DNA of 19,694 nucleotides from an uncultured archaeon (GCA_964645535.1 CAZYCQ010000043.1:9964-29657); one strand, 5' to 3'. Numbered from the stretch's first letter, positions 1-8,733 are shown. Notes: a model not told the origin generated them from the sequence alone. Program-made: numbers and translations.

Positions 1-467
1 CCCGGTCTAAGCAGAATGATGTCTCCTGGCTTTAATTCCTCAACTGGCACACTGATTTCTTTCCCATCAATAATCTTCGTAGCAGTCTTTGGTACAAGGG
101 TCATCAGGGATTTGATCGTCGTTCGGGTTCTCTTGACCGTGTATCCCTCCAATGTTTCTGTTATTGAATACAGAAATACAATTGTCAAAGCTTCTTCTAA
201 CGCTCCAAGTGATGCTGAACCGATGATTGCTAAGGTCATTAAGACATCAATCGTTATCTTCCTCTTTTCAAAAATTGCCTCTACAGTTTCAACGTAAAAG
301 AACCAACCGCCTGCCAGAGCTCCCAATAGAAATACTGCAATTTTTATTACCAGGTCAGTATCTTCTGGTGTCACATAAAGTATAATCAACGCAATTAATG
401 AGACTATGGTTCCATAGATTCTAATCCAAGGTACTGGTATCCTAAATTCCTGTAGTTTTTCGTTCAT
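1..467 (-). CDS. Heavy-metal-translocating P1B-type ATPase (CadA/ZntA-like), 5' part; runs off the window start
   Basis: Not in the ORF track. Manual translation from ATG 467 gives MNEKLQEFRIPVPWIRIYGTIVSLIALIILY...ITIDVLMTLAIIGSASLG...LYSITETLEGYTVKRTRTTIKSLMTLVPKTATKIIDGKEISVPVEELKPGDIILLRP. The DVLM, LE..T..R...I..L..L.P and V.VEEL..GD....RP segments are typical of P1B ATPases. Its ATG overlaps the ArsR stop (ATGA). No N-terminal CxxC metal-binding domain. Confidence 0.9.
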   Translation of the reverse strand, partial: MNEKLQEFRIPVPWIRIYGTIVSLIALIILYVTPEDTDLVIKIAVFLLGALAGGWFFYVETVEAIFEKRKITIDVLMTLAIIGSASLGALEEALTIVFLYSITETLEGYTVKRTRTTIKSLMTLVPKTATKIIDGKEISVPVEELKPGDIILLRP

Positions 468-802
468 ATTTTATCTTCCTCTTTATAGTTTACACAAGCC
501 CAAATGGCTTGATACGTTGTCTTAAGAACTTGTTCTGCCAAATCAATGATCTCTTTGATTAGATCACTTGTCAATGAATAGGTGACCTTTCGTCCCTGTT
601 TTTTGGCAGTTACCAAATTGCATTCACGCAAACAACCTAGGTGTGTGGAAACTGTTGATTGGGGAAGTTCTAATTCTTTCACTAACTCGGATGTAATCTT
701 TGGAGAATCAGCCAATGACTTGAGAATGGCAAGTCTTGTCTTGTCCCCAAACCCTCTGAATAATTTTGCCAATAACTCAATTTGGGAAATCTCAGGTAAC
801 AT
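464..802 (-). CDS. ArsR/SmtB-family metalloregulatory repressor, CmtR-like
   Basis: LFRGFGDKTRLAIL...PQSTVSTHLGCLRECNLV...GRKVTYSL winged HTH. CxxxC in helix 4 plus a C-terminal Cys (ACVNY) match the CmtR-type Cd/Pb site. ATG 802 is preferred over TTG 874 because a TATA box and operator lie just upstream of 802. Confidence 0.92.
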   Translation of the reverse strand: MLPEISQIELLAKLFRGFGDKTRLAILKSLADSPKITSELVKELELPQSTVSTHLGCLRECNLVTAKKQGRKVTYSLTSDLIKEIIDLAEQVLKTTYQAIWACVNYKEEDKI

Positions 803-807
803 CTTTA

Positions 808-825
808 CATCGGGATATGCCGATG
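808..825. promoter_or_regulatory. Putative ArsR operator (inverted repeat CATCGG-gatatg-CCGATG)
   Basis: 18-bp near-perfect palindrome (one mismatched pair) 5 nt upstream of the arsR ATG, between the ATG and the TATA-like box. Confidence 0.75.
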
Positions 826-842
826 AATATATATTTTTTTCT
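826..842 (-). promoter_or_regulatory. Archaeal TATA box/BRE-like element for the arsR-ATPase operon
   Basis: The minus strand reads AGAAAAAAATATATATT, about 25-40 nt upstream of ATG 802, consistent with a leaderless or short-leader transcript. Confidence 0.55.
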
Positions 843-882
843 TTTCTTTTCAATTGTATGGGAAGAGAGGCCAAAAAACCAC

Positions 883-1833
883 TTAGTGTAATTTTAGATT
901 ATTTAGATAGTGGTCATATTCCTCAAAAATCCGAAAATCATCGCATTCTAGCTCTTTTATCCACTTTTTATATGGCTCTGCATCCGGAAGACTCAATTCT
1001 TTCAGTCGATCATAGGAAAATCGAGGGTAATCTGGATAGATGATAGTTTCCAAAATTATGGCAAGTACTGCCCGCCAGCCGCGAGGGAGTGTATTCCTAT
1101 TTTCCAGTAAATCCTTAAAGAACTGTCCATATTTTTCTCTTAACTTTTCAGAAGCCAGAAGAGCCCCAATCAAGTAAATGCCATCTAGGGACAGTAGCCA
1201 ATCCAGCGATATTTCGTTTTTCAAAAGCCTGTCATGTATGTCCAGAAGATAGTGGATCAGATACTCTCTCAATTGCGTTTCATAACCTGCATGCCAAGAC
1301 TTGATTTCAAAATCTGGAATTTCCATGTTGTCTCTACCGGAATTTAGGATTTCATCCAAATTGAGTTCGTCAATAATCCACCAGTGATGACTAATTAACC
1401 AGTTAGTGACAAAGTGGAAGAATTCTCGACATGAAAGATCAAGGATCACTCTTGCAGGCTTATCTCCAAAGCTGATATCCTTCAGTCCACATCTGCTTCC
1501 CTTCTTCCAATATGTCGCAAACATTCCGCCTATATAGTCCCATTCGGGTGGTCCCCATGTACCAAATAGATTCATGTACCTATAAGGGTGTATTCGGAAG
1601 TCATTATATTGCATTCCTTTTTCACTCAACATGACCTGTTCGATGTTTTTGGCTGCTTCCTGCATTTCAGGTGTCATGAACTGCTGGTAGTCCTTATAGG
1701 TGTCTACGAACAATAGAACTAATGGCCACGACATGGATGACTTCATGGCAGTTTCCCTAAAAGTCAGCTTTTTTTGTAAATAGACTGCAAGATACCCTAC
1801 CTCAAAATAAAACAAAGCTTTGACATCTTCCAT
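883..1833 (-). CDS. Hypothetical protein (soluble, Trp/Tyr-rich)
   Basis: Long ORF (open to 1914) filling the space between recognised genes. ATG 1833 (MEDVKALF) is preferred because TTAAATAT lies about 25-30 nt upstream; ATG 1746 is an alternative. No motif recognised. Confidence 0.6.
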   Translation of the reverse strand: MEDVKALFYFEVGYLAVYLQKKLTFRETAMKSSMSWPLVLLFVDTYKDYQQFMTPEMQEAAKNIEQVMLSEKGMQYNDFRIHPYRYMNLFGTWGPPEWDYIGGMFATYWKKGSRCGLKDISFGDKPARVILDLSCREFFHFVTNWLISHHWWIIDELNLDEILNSGRDNMEIPDFEIKSWHAGYETQLREYLIHYLLDIHDRLLKNEISLDWLLSLDGIYLIGALLASEKLREKYGQFFKDLLENRNTLPRGWRAVLAIILETIIYPDYPRFSYDRLKELSLPDAEPYKKWIKELECDDFRIFEEYDHYLNNLKLH

Positions 1834-2030
1834 TAAGGTAGAAAAAAAAATCACATATTTAACTACAAAGATGCTCATACAAACTTTTGCAAAACTGTTG
1901 CAATTATGAATCATTTTTTGGGAGATTTCAATAAGAAAGTCCCTTGTTTTTCATTCCACTTGGATTTTAATCCGAAATGAATTCCGATACTATTCACTAA
2001 ACACAAATAGTTTGAATTTGAAATCGAATT

Positions 2031-3752
2031 ATGGAAAATGATTTGATTGCTCCTCATGGTGGAGTATTGGTAGATCGCAGGATCTATGGAGAGGAAGGGC
2101 AAAGGTTGCTTGAAAAAGGCCAGTCACTTCCCCAAATCGTTCTTACTCCCCGATCGTTGGCGGATCTGGAATGCATCGCCACAGGTGTCTATTCTCCTCT
2201 TACTGGCTTCATGACCCAAGAAGATTACGAAAGTGTAGTCGAGACCATGCGGTTGGCTAACGGTCTGGTCTGGTCCGTTCCGGTCACCCTGCCTGTTGAC
2301 CGCAAGACCGCGGAACCCCTTTCCGTAGGGGATGAGGTGGCTTTGGTCTGGGAGGATCAGGTTCTGGCCATCATGGAAATCAGTGACAAATACGTCCCTG
2401 ACAAGGCAAATGAGGCGGAAAAGGTATACCTGACGACAAACGAGGCCCATCCCGGAGTGGCGGCTCTCATGAACTCAGGGGATGTCTATTTGGGAGGGGA
2501 GATCTGGCTTTTCTCTGACATTCCCCACAAAAAGTTCCTTGGAGAACGCCTGACGCCCCACCAGACCCGTGCCGAATTCCGCAAGAGGGGGTGGAAGACG
2601 GTGGTGGCCTTCCAGACCCGCAATCCGATTCACCGTGCCCATGAGTACATCCAGAAAGTGGCTTTGGAAATTGTTGACGGGCTTTTCCTGAACCCATTGG
2701 TGGGTGAGACCAAGAGTGACGACATTCCTGCCGATGTCAGAATGAAGGCGTACAAGACAATTCTGGAGAAATACTATCCTCAGGATCGAGTGCTGCTGGG
2801 GGTTTTTCCTGCGGCGATGCGGTATGCCGGACCCAGAGAGGCCATCATGCACGCCATTGCCCGGAAGAACTATGGCTGCACCCATTTCATCGTAGGCCGT
2901 GACCATGCCGGAGTGGGCAGCTATTATGGGACATATGATGCCCAGAAGATCTTTGACCGGTTTGAGCCAGAAGAAATCGGGATCCAGCCGCTCAAATTCG
3001 AACATGCTTTCTATTGCACCATCTGTGGGCAGATGGCCACTGCCAAAACCTGTCCCCATCCAAAAGACTATCATGTGTTCCTTTCGGGCACAAAAGTCCG
3101 GGCCATGCTTTTTGAGGGGCAACTGCCGCCCGAAGAGTTCACCCGTCCCGAGGTGGCCCAAGTCCTCATGGATTCCATGCAACCCAAGGAGATGGCGGCT
3201 CTGAAAGGTGTGACGGTCTGGTTTACCGGTCTGAGCGGTGCCGGCAAGTCGACCATTGCCAAGAACCTGAGCCGGAAACTGGAGGAGATGGGTATCAAAT
3301 TCGAGATCTTGGATGGGGACATCATCCGGCAGAATCTCACCAAGGGCTTGGGGTTCAGCAAGGAGGATCGTGATGAAAATGTGAGGCGGATCGGTTTTGT
3401 TGCCGGCCTTCTGACCCGGAACAATGTGGTGGTCATCGTTGCCGCCATTTCGCCCTACCGTGAGATCCGCGAAGAGGTGAGGCAAAAGATCGGGAACTTC
3501 GTGGAAGTCTACGTGAATGCTCCCGTGGAGGTATGTGAGCAGAGGGATGTCAAGGGACTTTACAAAAGGGCCCGTGCAGGCGAGATCAAGAACTTTACTG
3601 GTATCGATGATCCCTATGAACCTCCCCTCAACCCTGAAGTGATCTGCTATACCGACAAGGAAACTGTGGAAGAAAGCACCCAGAAGGTTTTGGACAAACT
3701 GATTGAATTGGGATATGTTGGAGCATCAGTTAAGCCGGTTTCTCAAAACTGA
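2031..3752 (+). CDS. sat: Bifunctional sulfate adenylyltransferase / adenylyl-sulfate kinase (Sat-CysC fusion)
   Basis: N-terminal Sat: [53 protein letters not shown]-terminal APS kinase: [12 protein letters not shown] (P-loop), [23 protein letters not shown]. Confidence 0.97.
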   Translation: MENDLIAPHGGVLVDRRIYGEEGQRLLEKGQSLPQIVLTPRSLADLECIATGVYSPLTGFMTQEDYESVVETMRLANGLVWSVPVTLPVDRKTAEPLSVGDEVALVWEDQVLAIMEISDKYVPDKANEAEKVYLTTNEAHPGVAALMNSGDVYLGGEIWLFSDIPHKKFLGERLTPHQTRAEFRKRGWKTVVAFQTRNPIHRAHEYIQKVALEIVDGLFLNPLVGETKSDDIPADVRMKAYKTILEKYYPQDRVLLGVFPAAMRYAGPREAIMHAIARKNYGCTHFIVGRDHAGVGSYYGTYDAQKIFDRFEPEEIGIQPLKFEHAFYCTICGQMATAKTCPHPKDYHVFLSGTKVRAMLFEGQLPPEEFTRPEVAQVLMDSMQPKEMAALKGVTVWFTGLSGAGKSTIAKNLSRKLEEMGIKFEILDGDIIRQNLTKGLGFSKEDRDENVRRIGFVAGLLTRNNVVVIVAAISPYREIREEVRQKIGNFVEVYVNAPVEVCEQRDVKGLYKRARAGEIKNFTGIDDPYEPPLNPEVICYTDKETVEESTQKVLDKLIELGYVGASVKPVSQN

Positions 3753-3858
3753 ATCGATTGAATTATCTTGTTTGGTTGATAAAATGGTGGCAATTTTCTA
3801 AGCAAACTCGAGATTCATTTTACCTTACCTTTAAAAAAATCTAGTGATTTGTTCTTCT

Positions 3859-4320
3859 ATGTCTAAACGGAGGATAGTCAAGACGTACTCAAACACAAGG
3901 GCAAAGGGAGAACGGTATGATATTGAAGGAAATCGGTATTTTGTCAAGGTGGAGCTTGTAAGTATTAAAATGCTGGAAGAGGCCGACGCATTGGGCAGAA
4001 CATCTGAGATCTATCTTGAATGTGGGAAGTCAAAAATGATAAGTAAACGATTTCCCACGAAAGGGGAAATTCATCTTGATAGAAACGAGGTTTTCAAACC
4101 ACGAGGGAGGATAACGCTTTATACGGAAGTTGCAGAATCTGATAAGGGTGGTAGCATTGAAATTCCATTTAAAGTGAAAGAGAAGGATTTTGGAAAGGAT
4201 GAGACCTTGATTGACACCACTTTATCGGTCACTCTTGGACAAACGCAAGAATTTCTGGCATTCGAGGAAAATGGGGTGAAAGTGAAAATTTCTATTGCAG
4301 GTAATAAAACACGATATTAG
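3859..4320 (+). CDS. Hypothetical beta-rich protein, C2-domain-like
   Basis: VKVELVSIKMLEEADALGRTSEIYLEC and IEIPFKVKEKDFGKDETLID echo the C2 loop-1 (D..G.sDpY) and loop-3 (V.D.D...D..l) patterns. ATG 3859 preferred over GTG 3844. The CDS is well supported; the fold call is tentative. Confidence 0.6.
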   Translation: MSKRRIVKTYSNTRAKGERYDIEGNRYFVKVELVSIKMLEEADALGRTSEIYLECGKSKMISKRFPTKGEIHLDRNEVFKPRGRITLYTEVAESDKGGSIEIPFKVKEKDFGKDETLIDTTLSVTLGQTQEFLAFEENGVKVKISIAGNKTRY

Positions 4321-4991
4321 TAATCAAAAAATGATTTTTGGTTTTCTCGTCTTCTCATCAGTATTATGAAGGCAACAACCCAACCGAACAGCAAAGCAAT
4401 GAAAATGGTGAGCCCCATCAAAAAACTGATTCCTTCTTTGTTTGGTTCCGTTCTTTTGATAGACAGACTAAAATTGAAAAACCAATAGGAGTTATCAATA
4501 ATCAAACTACAGATGTTTTCCAATCGGTTTTCCCTGATGCATCCTTCTCCCTCCTCTGATTGTGAAGGTAAGGTGGCATTGAATCCTGGATAGGATTTGA
4601 GTGTTCCATTGTCAAAGACAAGCATGAAATTCTCATTGAAAAGAAGCTCTTCATAATCTGACTTGTTTGCATAATATCTTGCTCCAAAATAGAATTTGTA
4701 GAAATATTGGTCATCTTTTGGTGAGTTGACAGTGAATGGAATGACGTCTGAGCTATTTCTTTGGTTCTCAATCAATTCCGTTCCATTGGCAAAAAAAACA
4801 TGCTGGTAGAAGAAACCTGTTACATTCATTCCCGTAATGTAACCTCTGTCTGGATTTGTCTTCATTTGGTACTCAAGAACACTGAGGTGATACCTGAATT
4901 CATATTTTGCAACAAATTCTTGACCGAAAACAGTATTTAGAGGCGAAAGGAGTAAAATCAATAATATGGAATGAAGCATCCTAGATCTCAT
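4317..4991 (-). CDS. Secreted/surface protein with N-terminal signal peptide and C-terminal membrane anchor
   Basis: MRSRMLHSILLILLLSPLNTVFG signal-like start. C-terminal hydrophobic helix ISFLMGLTIFIALLFGWVVAFIILM followed by RRR. Several N-x-S/T sequons (NVT, NGT, NSS, NKS, NAT, NFS). Confidence 0.8.
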   Translation of the reverse strand: MRSRMLHSILLILLLSPLNTVFGQEFVAKYEFRYHLSVLEYQMKTNPDRGYITGMNVTGFFYQHVFFANGTELIENQRNSSDVIPFTVNSPKDDQYFYKFYFGARYYANKSDYEELLFNENFMLVFDNGTLKSYPGFNATLPSQSEEGEGCIRENRLENICSLIIDNSYWFFNFSLSIKRTEPNKEGISFLMGLTIFIALLFGWVVAFIILMRRRENQKSFFDY

Positions 4992-5073
4992 TTAAATCCG
5001 AAAATTGAGAGGTAATATTTCTTGTTTGTGTTTTCGCGTACATAGAAATGCCTATTCAATTCCCATTGCTTTT

Positions 5074-6129
5074 TCAGATCTTGGGCATCCATCCGTCTTC
5101 GGGATATCCGTCGTTGATTATTTTTTCGTAAATTCCGATATGGATATCCGTAGTTCGATCGATATCATGCTGTTGAACATCTTTGAATGCCTGTTCCACC
5201 AATCTTGTCCGTTCTTTTTCATTAGTCAGCAGATAATCCAATGATGTTACAAAACCTAGGATGTCTCCTGCCCTGTAGCAATTCACATCATTGACGAGCC
5301 AATCAAAAACCTCTATGTCCCTGACCACCAAAGGAGTTTTGGTTGCTGCGGCCTCCAGCGGGGGAAGTCCTTGAGTTTCCATGTGGGTGGTTACCAACAG
5401 GATGTCAATTCCGAAAAAGAACTCTTCAATATCCTCAACAAATCCAATGAGTTTCATGTTTTCGGGAACCTTTCCAAGATACCGGTTGAAGAAAAATCTC
5501 GGGTAGATTGGTTGGGATTTTCCCACCCAAATGAACTGATAATCCGGTCTTTGGATAGCAATCTCTTTAAAATCCCTGACTCCTTTTCGTGGGAAAAGTG
5601 ATCCAATGCCCCCAATCAGGGGTTTTTCAGGATCTAATCCATATCTGACCGTGAATCTTTCTTTCGCGGATTGTCGATCTTCGTTTGTTGGAACTTTGAA
5701 CTGATCCATTGGAATTCCATTGCTTACGGCAGTTGCGGGGGTTGTCACTCCAATCTCTCTGACGCACTTTTTCGCAAACTCTGAAACAGGTATCAGGAAA
5801 GGCGCCTTGTTATAGTAATAACGGAGATATCTACGCATAAAAGGATCAATCAATGAATATCCAAATATTCCTCCAACCATGTCTTGGGGGACCGAATGTA
5901 CATGGACAACTGCCTTGGTCTTTTTCATTGCCTTCGAGAGGAGTCTAGGGTTGAACCCAAAGTGAATGTCCACAAGATCGTATTCTTCAAGTGGTCTTTT
6001 CCCATTATAATCAACTTCAACCCCTTTTTTCCGAAGGGTTTTCATCAATCTTTTTGGGGCTAGTTCGATTCCTCCGAATGTGGCCTTCTTTCCTTCCTGT
6101 CCTGCTCCAATAATGTTGATTTTCAACAA
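5074..6129 (-). CDS. Glycosyltransferase family 4 (GT-B), CpoA / diglycosyl-diacylglycerol-synthase-like
   Basis: VHVHS..QD, SNGI, PRKGV..F, F.WVG, GFVEDI and ETQGLPPLEA (EX7E retaining-GT motif). Confidence 0.88.
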   Translation of the reverse strand: MLKINIIGAGQEGKKATFGGIELAPKRLMKTLRKKGVEVDYNGKRPLEEYDLVDIHFGFNPRLLSKAMKKTKAVVHVHSVPQDMVGGIFGYSLIDPFMRRYLRYYYNKAPFLIPVSEFAKKCVREIGVTTPATAVSNGIPMDQFKVPTNEDRQSAKERFTVRYGLDPEKPLIGGIGSLFPRKGVRDFKEIAIQRPDYQFIWVGKSQPIYPRFFFNRYLGKVPENMKLIGFVEDIEEFFFGIDILLVTTHMETQGLPPLEAAATKTPLVVRDIEVFDWLVNDVNCYRAGDILGFVTSLDYLLTNEKERTRLVEQAFKDVQQHDIDRTTDIHIGIYEKIINDGYPEDGWMPKI

Positions 6130-6205
6130 TCAATTCTGTTCCAATGAAATTTAATAGGTATTGGTACTCACTTGCCTTGCTGTTCGAATTGAGAAATAAG
6201 GTTGG

Positions 6206-7129
6206 TTACCACAGCCGCAATTCAATTAGGTCTTCTTTAGGTTCCTCAAAACTACATGAACCAAATGAGTGGATTCTCTTTTTCCGAGCCATCTGAATCT
6301 GTTCAATAGTCAATTCGTGTCCCTTCCATTCAATCTTATCGTTCCAGAACTTGAAATTGTTGGGCTGCTCATCATTTAGAATTTCTATTAACTGATCTAC
6401 TTCGAGATCCAATGCAGTTCCTATTAATAGATTGAGAAATCCATGCATTTTTGTCTTGACTGAGGGAGAATAATGTCTGAAGGGATGATGGAGTCCTGCA
6501 GTTGCCTTAAATGCCATACCGTGCTCCTTACATAAATGGATGAAATGTGCAACTGCCGAAGATGGTGGTATCATACTTGCTTCAACCCCCCCGGTTCTCA
6601 CCTTGAAATATACCTCAAGTGGGGATTGTACCGCAAATTCTGACAATTTCGAAATTGTGGTTTGCCAGTTGTCAATGAATTGGATCTCTAGGTAAAATTT
6701 TGGAGCAGGAAATGGTTCTGAGACTTCTTCAATCTTCCTCATAAGATCTCCCGGATTTTCTTCTCCAAAGACGGAAGGAGGAAGTTTGATTTCCATCATT
6801 CTGAAATCAACATTTTCTGTCTCCTGTAATTTGGAGAGAGCTTGCAATTCATTGTACAAATTCTCCCCAAATTGTTGGATGTTCATTCCCCCTCTCCCAA
6901 GAATGGAAAATTCAACAGGTTGGGGAAAACGTCCAAAAGAGGTATAATAGGGTCTCAAATCCTCGATTTTTCCAAAAGGAAGTACAAACCGAGATATCAT
7001 CCAGTTGTCTTCAGAATCTAGATATTTGAGATAATTTGACATTGCCGTTTCCAATGGGAGTTTTGCAGGAGGGAAAAGACCTGCATAGTCAATAACCTTG
7101 GACAGCAGTGCCTTCAAAGAGTTGAACAC
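6206..7129 (-). CDS. Conserved hypothetical enzyme (IDYAGLFPPA family)
   Basis: Motifs IDYAGLFPPA.L, FKVRTGG, FKATAGLHHP.R, HGFLN and FGSCSF.EP are recognisable from an uncharacterised, mostly bacterial family. GTG start with AGGA upstream. Confidence 0.8.
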   Translation of the reverse strand: MFNSLKALLSKVIDYAGLFPPAKLPLETAMSNYLKYLDSEDNWMISRFVLPFGKIEDLRPYYTSFGRFPQPVEFSILGRGGMNIQQFGENLYNELQALSKLQETENVDFRMMEIKLPPSVFGEENPGDLMRKIEEVSEPFPAPKFYLEIQFIDNWQTTISKLSEFAVQSPLEVYFKVRTGGVEASMIPPSSAVAHFIHLCKEHGMAFKATAGLHHPFRHYSPSVKTKMHGFLNLLIGTALDLEVDQLIEILNDEQPNNFKFWNDKIEWKGHELTIEQIQMARKKRIHSFGSCSFEEPKEDLIELRLW

Positions 7130-7168
7130 AATTTTCCTATTTCCGGTTATAGTTATAATATTTCCTCT

Positions 7169-8284
7169 TCAGTATTCTGCATGTTTAATGGTATTGGAAA
7201 GAATGAAATCCTCCTTAACCTTAACTCCCAAATTGATCCCTTCAGGTACTTCGATGTAACCAGATTCATCTACGGCTACAGGTGGATCTACAATGTCCTC
7301 TTTGAAGTATCTGTCGGATCCCGATGTGTCTCCGGGAATGGTGAATTCCTCCTTTGCCTGAACGAAGATGTTATGCATTCTTCCGATTCCCATTTCCAAC
7401 ATCCCTCCTAGCCAAACCTTATCTTTTCCTAACTTTTCTGCGATGGTTTTTGCATTGTAATAACCTCCAACCCTTGCAGGCTTGATATTAATAATTCGTG
7501 CACATTCAAATTCTATTGCCTGTTCGGCATGTCTGACCGAATGAATGGATTCATCCAAACAGATCGGGGTATCTATCTTGCTTTGGAGGATTTTGTGGTC
7601 AAGCATGTCATCATAGGCCAAGGGTTGTTCTATCATCATCAATTCAAATCGATCCATTTTCTTGAAGATCTCAACATGGCGATCCGAAAGTGAATATGCT
7701 GAATTGGCATCCACCATTAGCCGAATGTCTCCGAATTGCTTGCGGATTTTCTCAACAACCTCAAGATCCCATCCCGGTTTAATCTTGATTTTAATCCGTT
7801 GATATCCCTTTTCCAAAAATTGTGCTATCCGTTTTAAAAGATCGTCCATTCTCGGTTGAATTCCTATCGATACTCCTGTAGGGATTTTCTTCTTTGTTGC
7901 TCCATATATTTCTTTCAATGATTTGTTTTCACGTTCTGCCACAAGGCTCCAATAGGCTGATTCCAATCCAGCTTTGGCAAAATTGTGTCCCCGAACCTTC
8001 ATGAAACTTTCATGAATGTCTTCAATTGTTGGAAACTTATCTTGGAACTGTTGCTTTAAGGAAGGAATAAGGTATCTCTCTTGAATTATCCATGTTGTAT
8101 CCATCGTCTCGTATGCGTATCCTGGAAATGGATCTGCAACAGTCTCACCCCATCCTACATTTCCTTCTTCATCTTCAAGTTTTATGATGATTGCGAATTT
8201 TTTATCTTGGGTACCAAAACTTGTTTGGAAAGGATGTACTAGAGGAAGACTAACAAGGGATTGAGAAATCTTGATATTGTTCAC
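7169..8284 (-). CDS. menC: Enolase-superfamily o-succinylbenzoate synthase / N-succinylamino acid racemase (NSAR/OSBS)
   Basis: PFQTSFG, GWGE, KIKIKPG (KxK), DAN, EQP and DES metal ligands, INIK, GGMLE, PGDTS..DRYF..DI. Confidence 0.9.
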   Translation of the reverse strand: MNNIKISQSLVSLPLVHPFQTSFGTQDKKFAIIIKLEDEEGNVGWGETVADPFPGYAYETMDTTWIIQERYLIPSLKQQFQDKFPTIEDIHESFMKVRGHNFAKAGLESAYWSLVAERENKSLKEIYGATKKKIPTGVSIGIQPRMDDLLKRIAQFLEKGYQRIKIKIKPGWDLEVVEKIRKQFGDIRLMVDANSAYSLSDRHVEIFKKMDRFELMMIEQPLAYDDMLDHKILQSKIDTPICLDESIHSVRHAEQAIEFECARIINIKPARVGGYYNAKTIAEKLGKDKVWLGGMLEMGIGRMHNIFVQAKEEFTIPGDTSGSDRYFKEDIVDPPVAVDESGYIEVPEGINLGVKVKEDFILSNTIKHAEY

Positions 8285-8418
8285 AAAACATCCAGCAAAA
8301 CTGTTTACTTCAACTTTATCACGTTGTAATCAAAAATTTGTAAGGCATCCCTTATGATTTGGCGAATTTGGCTTGATCCGTGCTTTAATTTTTTATATGT
8401 AGACTCCCTTGAAGATTC

Positions 8419-8733
8419 GTGAGCTCAGAAGATCTATTTACAAGTACTATTGCTTCTTTGATGGAGAAGGCAAAAGAAGATGGGATAATCACCCCTGAAG
8501 AATTCGAGTTGATTGAACAGGTTCGATTGGACGCCGAGAATTATACCTCCATGCTACGGGAAGCGACATCTGATGGCATTATCACGGACAAGGAAGCCCA
8601 AAAGCTCGATGAGCTAAAGAAACGGATCCTAGAACGAGCTGAATTAGTTGCTAGGATTGATGGAACCCTTGATGATGATGAGAAACAACTTTTGGAAACA
8701 TTGGCAGATGTGATTAAGAAAAAGTATGTTTAG
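8419..8733 (+). CDS. Small acidic helical-repeat protein (TerB-like DGxI/LxxxE motif x3)
   Basis: AKEDGIITPEEFELI, ATSDGIITDKEAQKL and ARIDGTLDDDEKQLL repeats. TTTTATAT box about 20-28 nt upstream of the GTG. Confidence 0.75.
   Translation: MSSEDLFTSTIASLMEKAKEDGIITPEEFELIEQVRLDAENYTSMLREATSDGIITDKEAQKLDELKKRILERAELVARIDGTLDDDEKQLLETLADVIKKKYV

Noticed and set aside
16-297. 93-aa plus-strand ORF
   Set aside because: Antisense shadow of the P1B-ATPase, which is clearly recognisable on the minus strand.
803-874. N-terminal extension of ArsR from TTG 874
   Set aside because: Would run through the TATA-like box and operator; ATG 802 gives a normal-length ArsR.
582-1043. 153-aa plus-strand ORF
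   Set aside because: Overlaps arsR, its operator and the next gene in antisense; no motif.
1911-2102. 63-aa minus-strand ORF
   Set aside because: Overlaps the sat start and the divergent promoter region; no support.
2475-3485. 336-aa minus-strand ORF and other ORFs nested in sat-cysC
   Set aside because: Expected antisense/alternate-frame artefacts of a GC-rich gene; no recognisable protein features.
7169-8284. Evidence for a menaquinone biosynthesis locus
   Set aside because: No other men genes in the window; the GNAT neighbour favours the racemase role.
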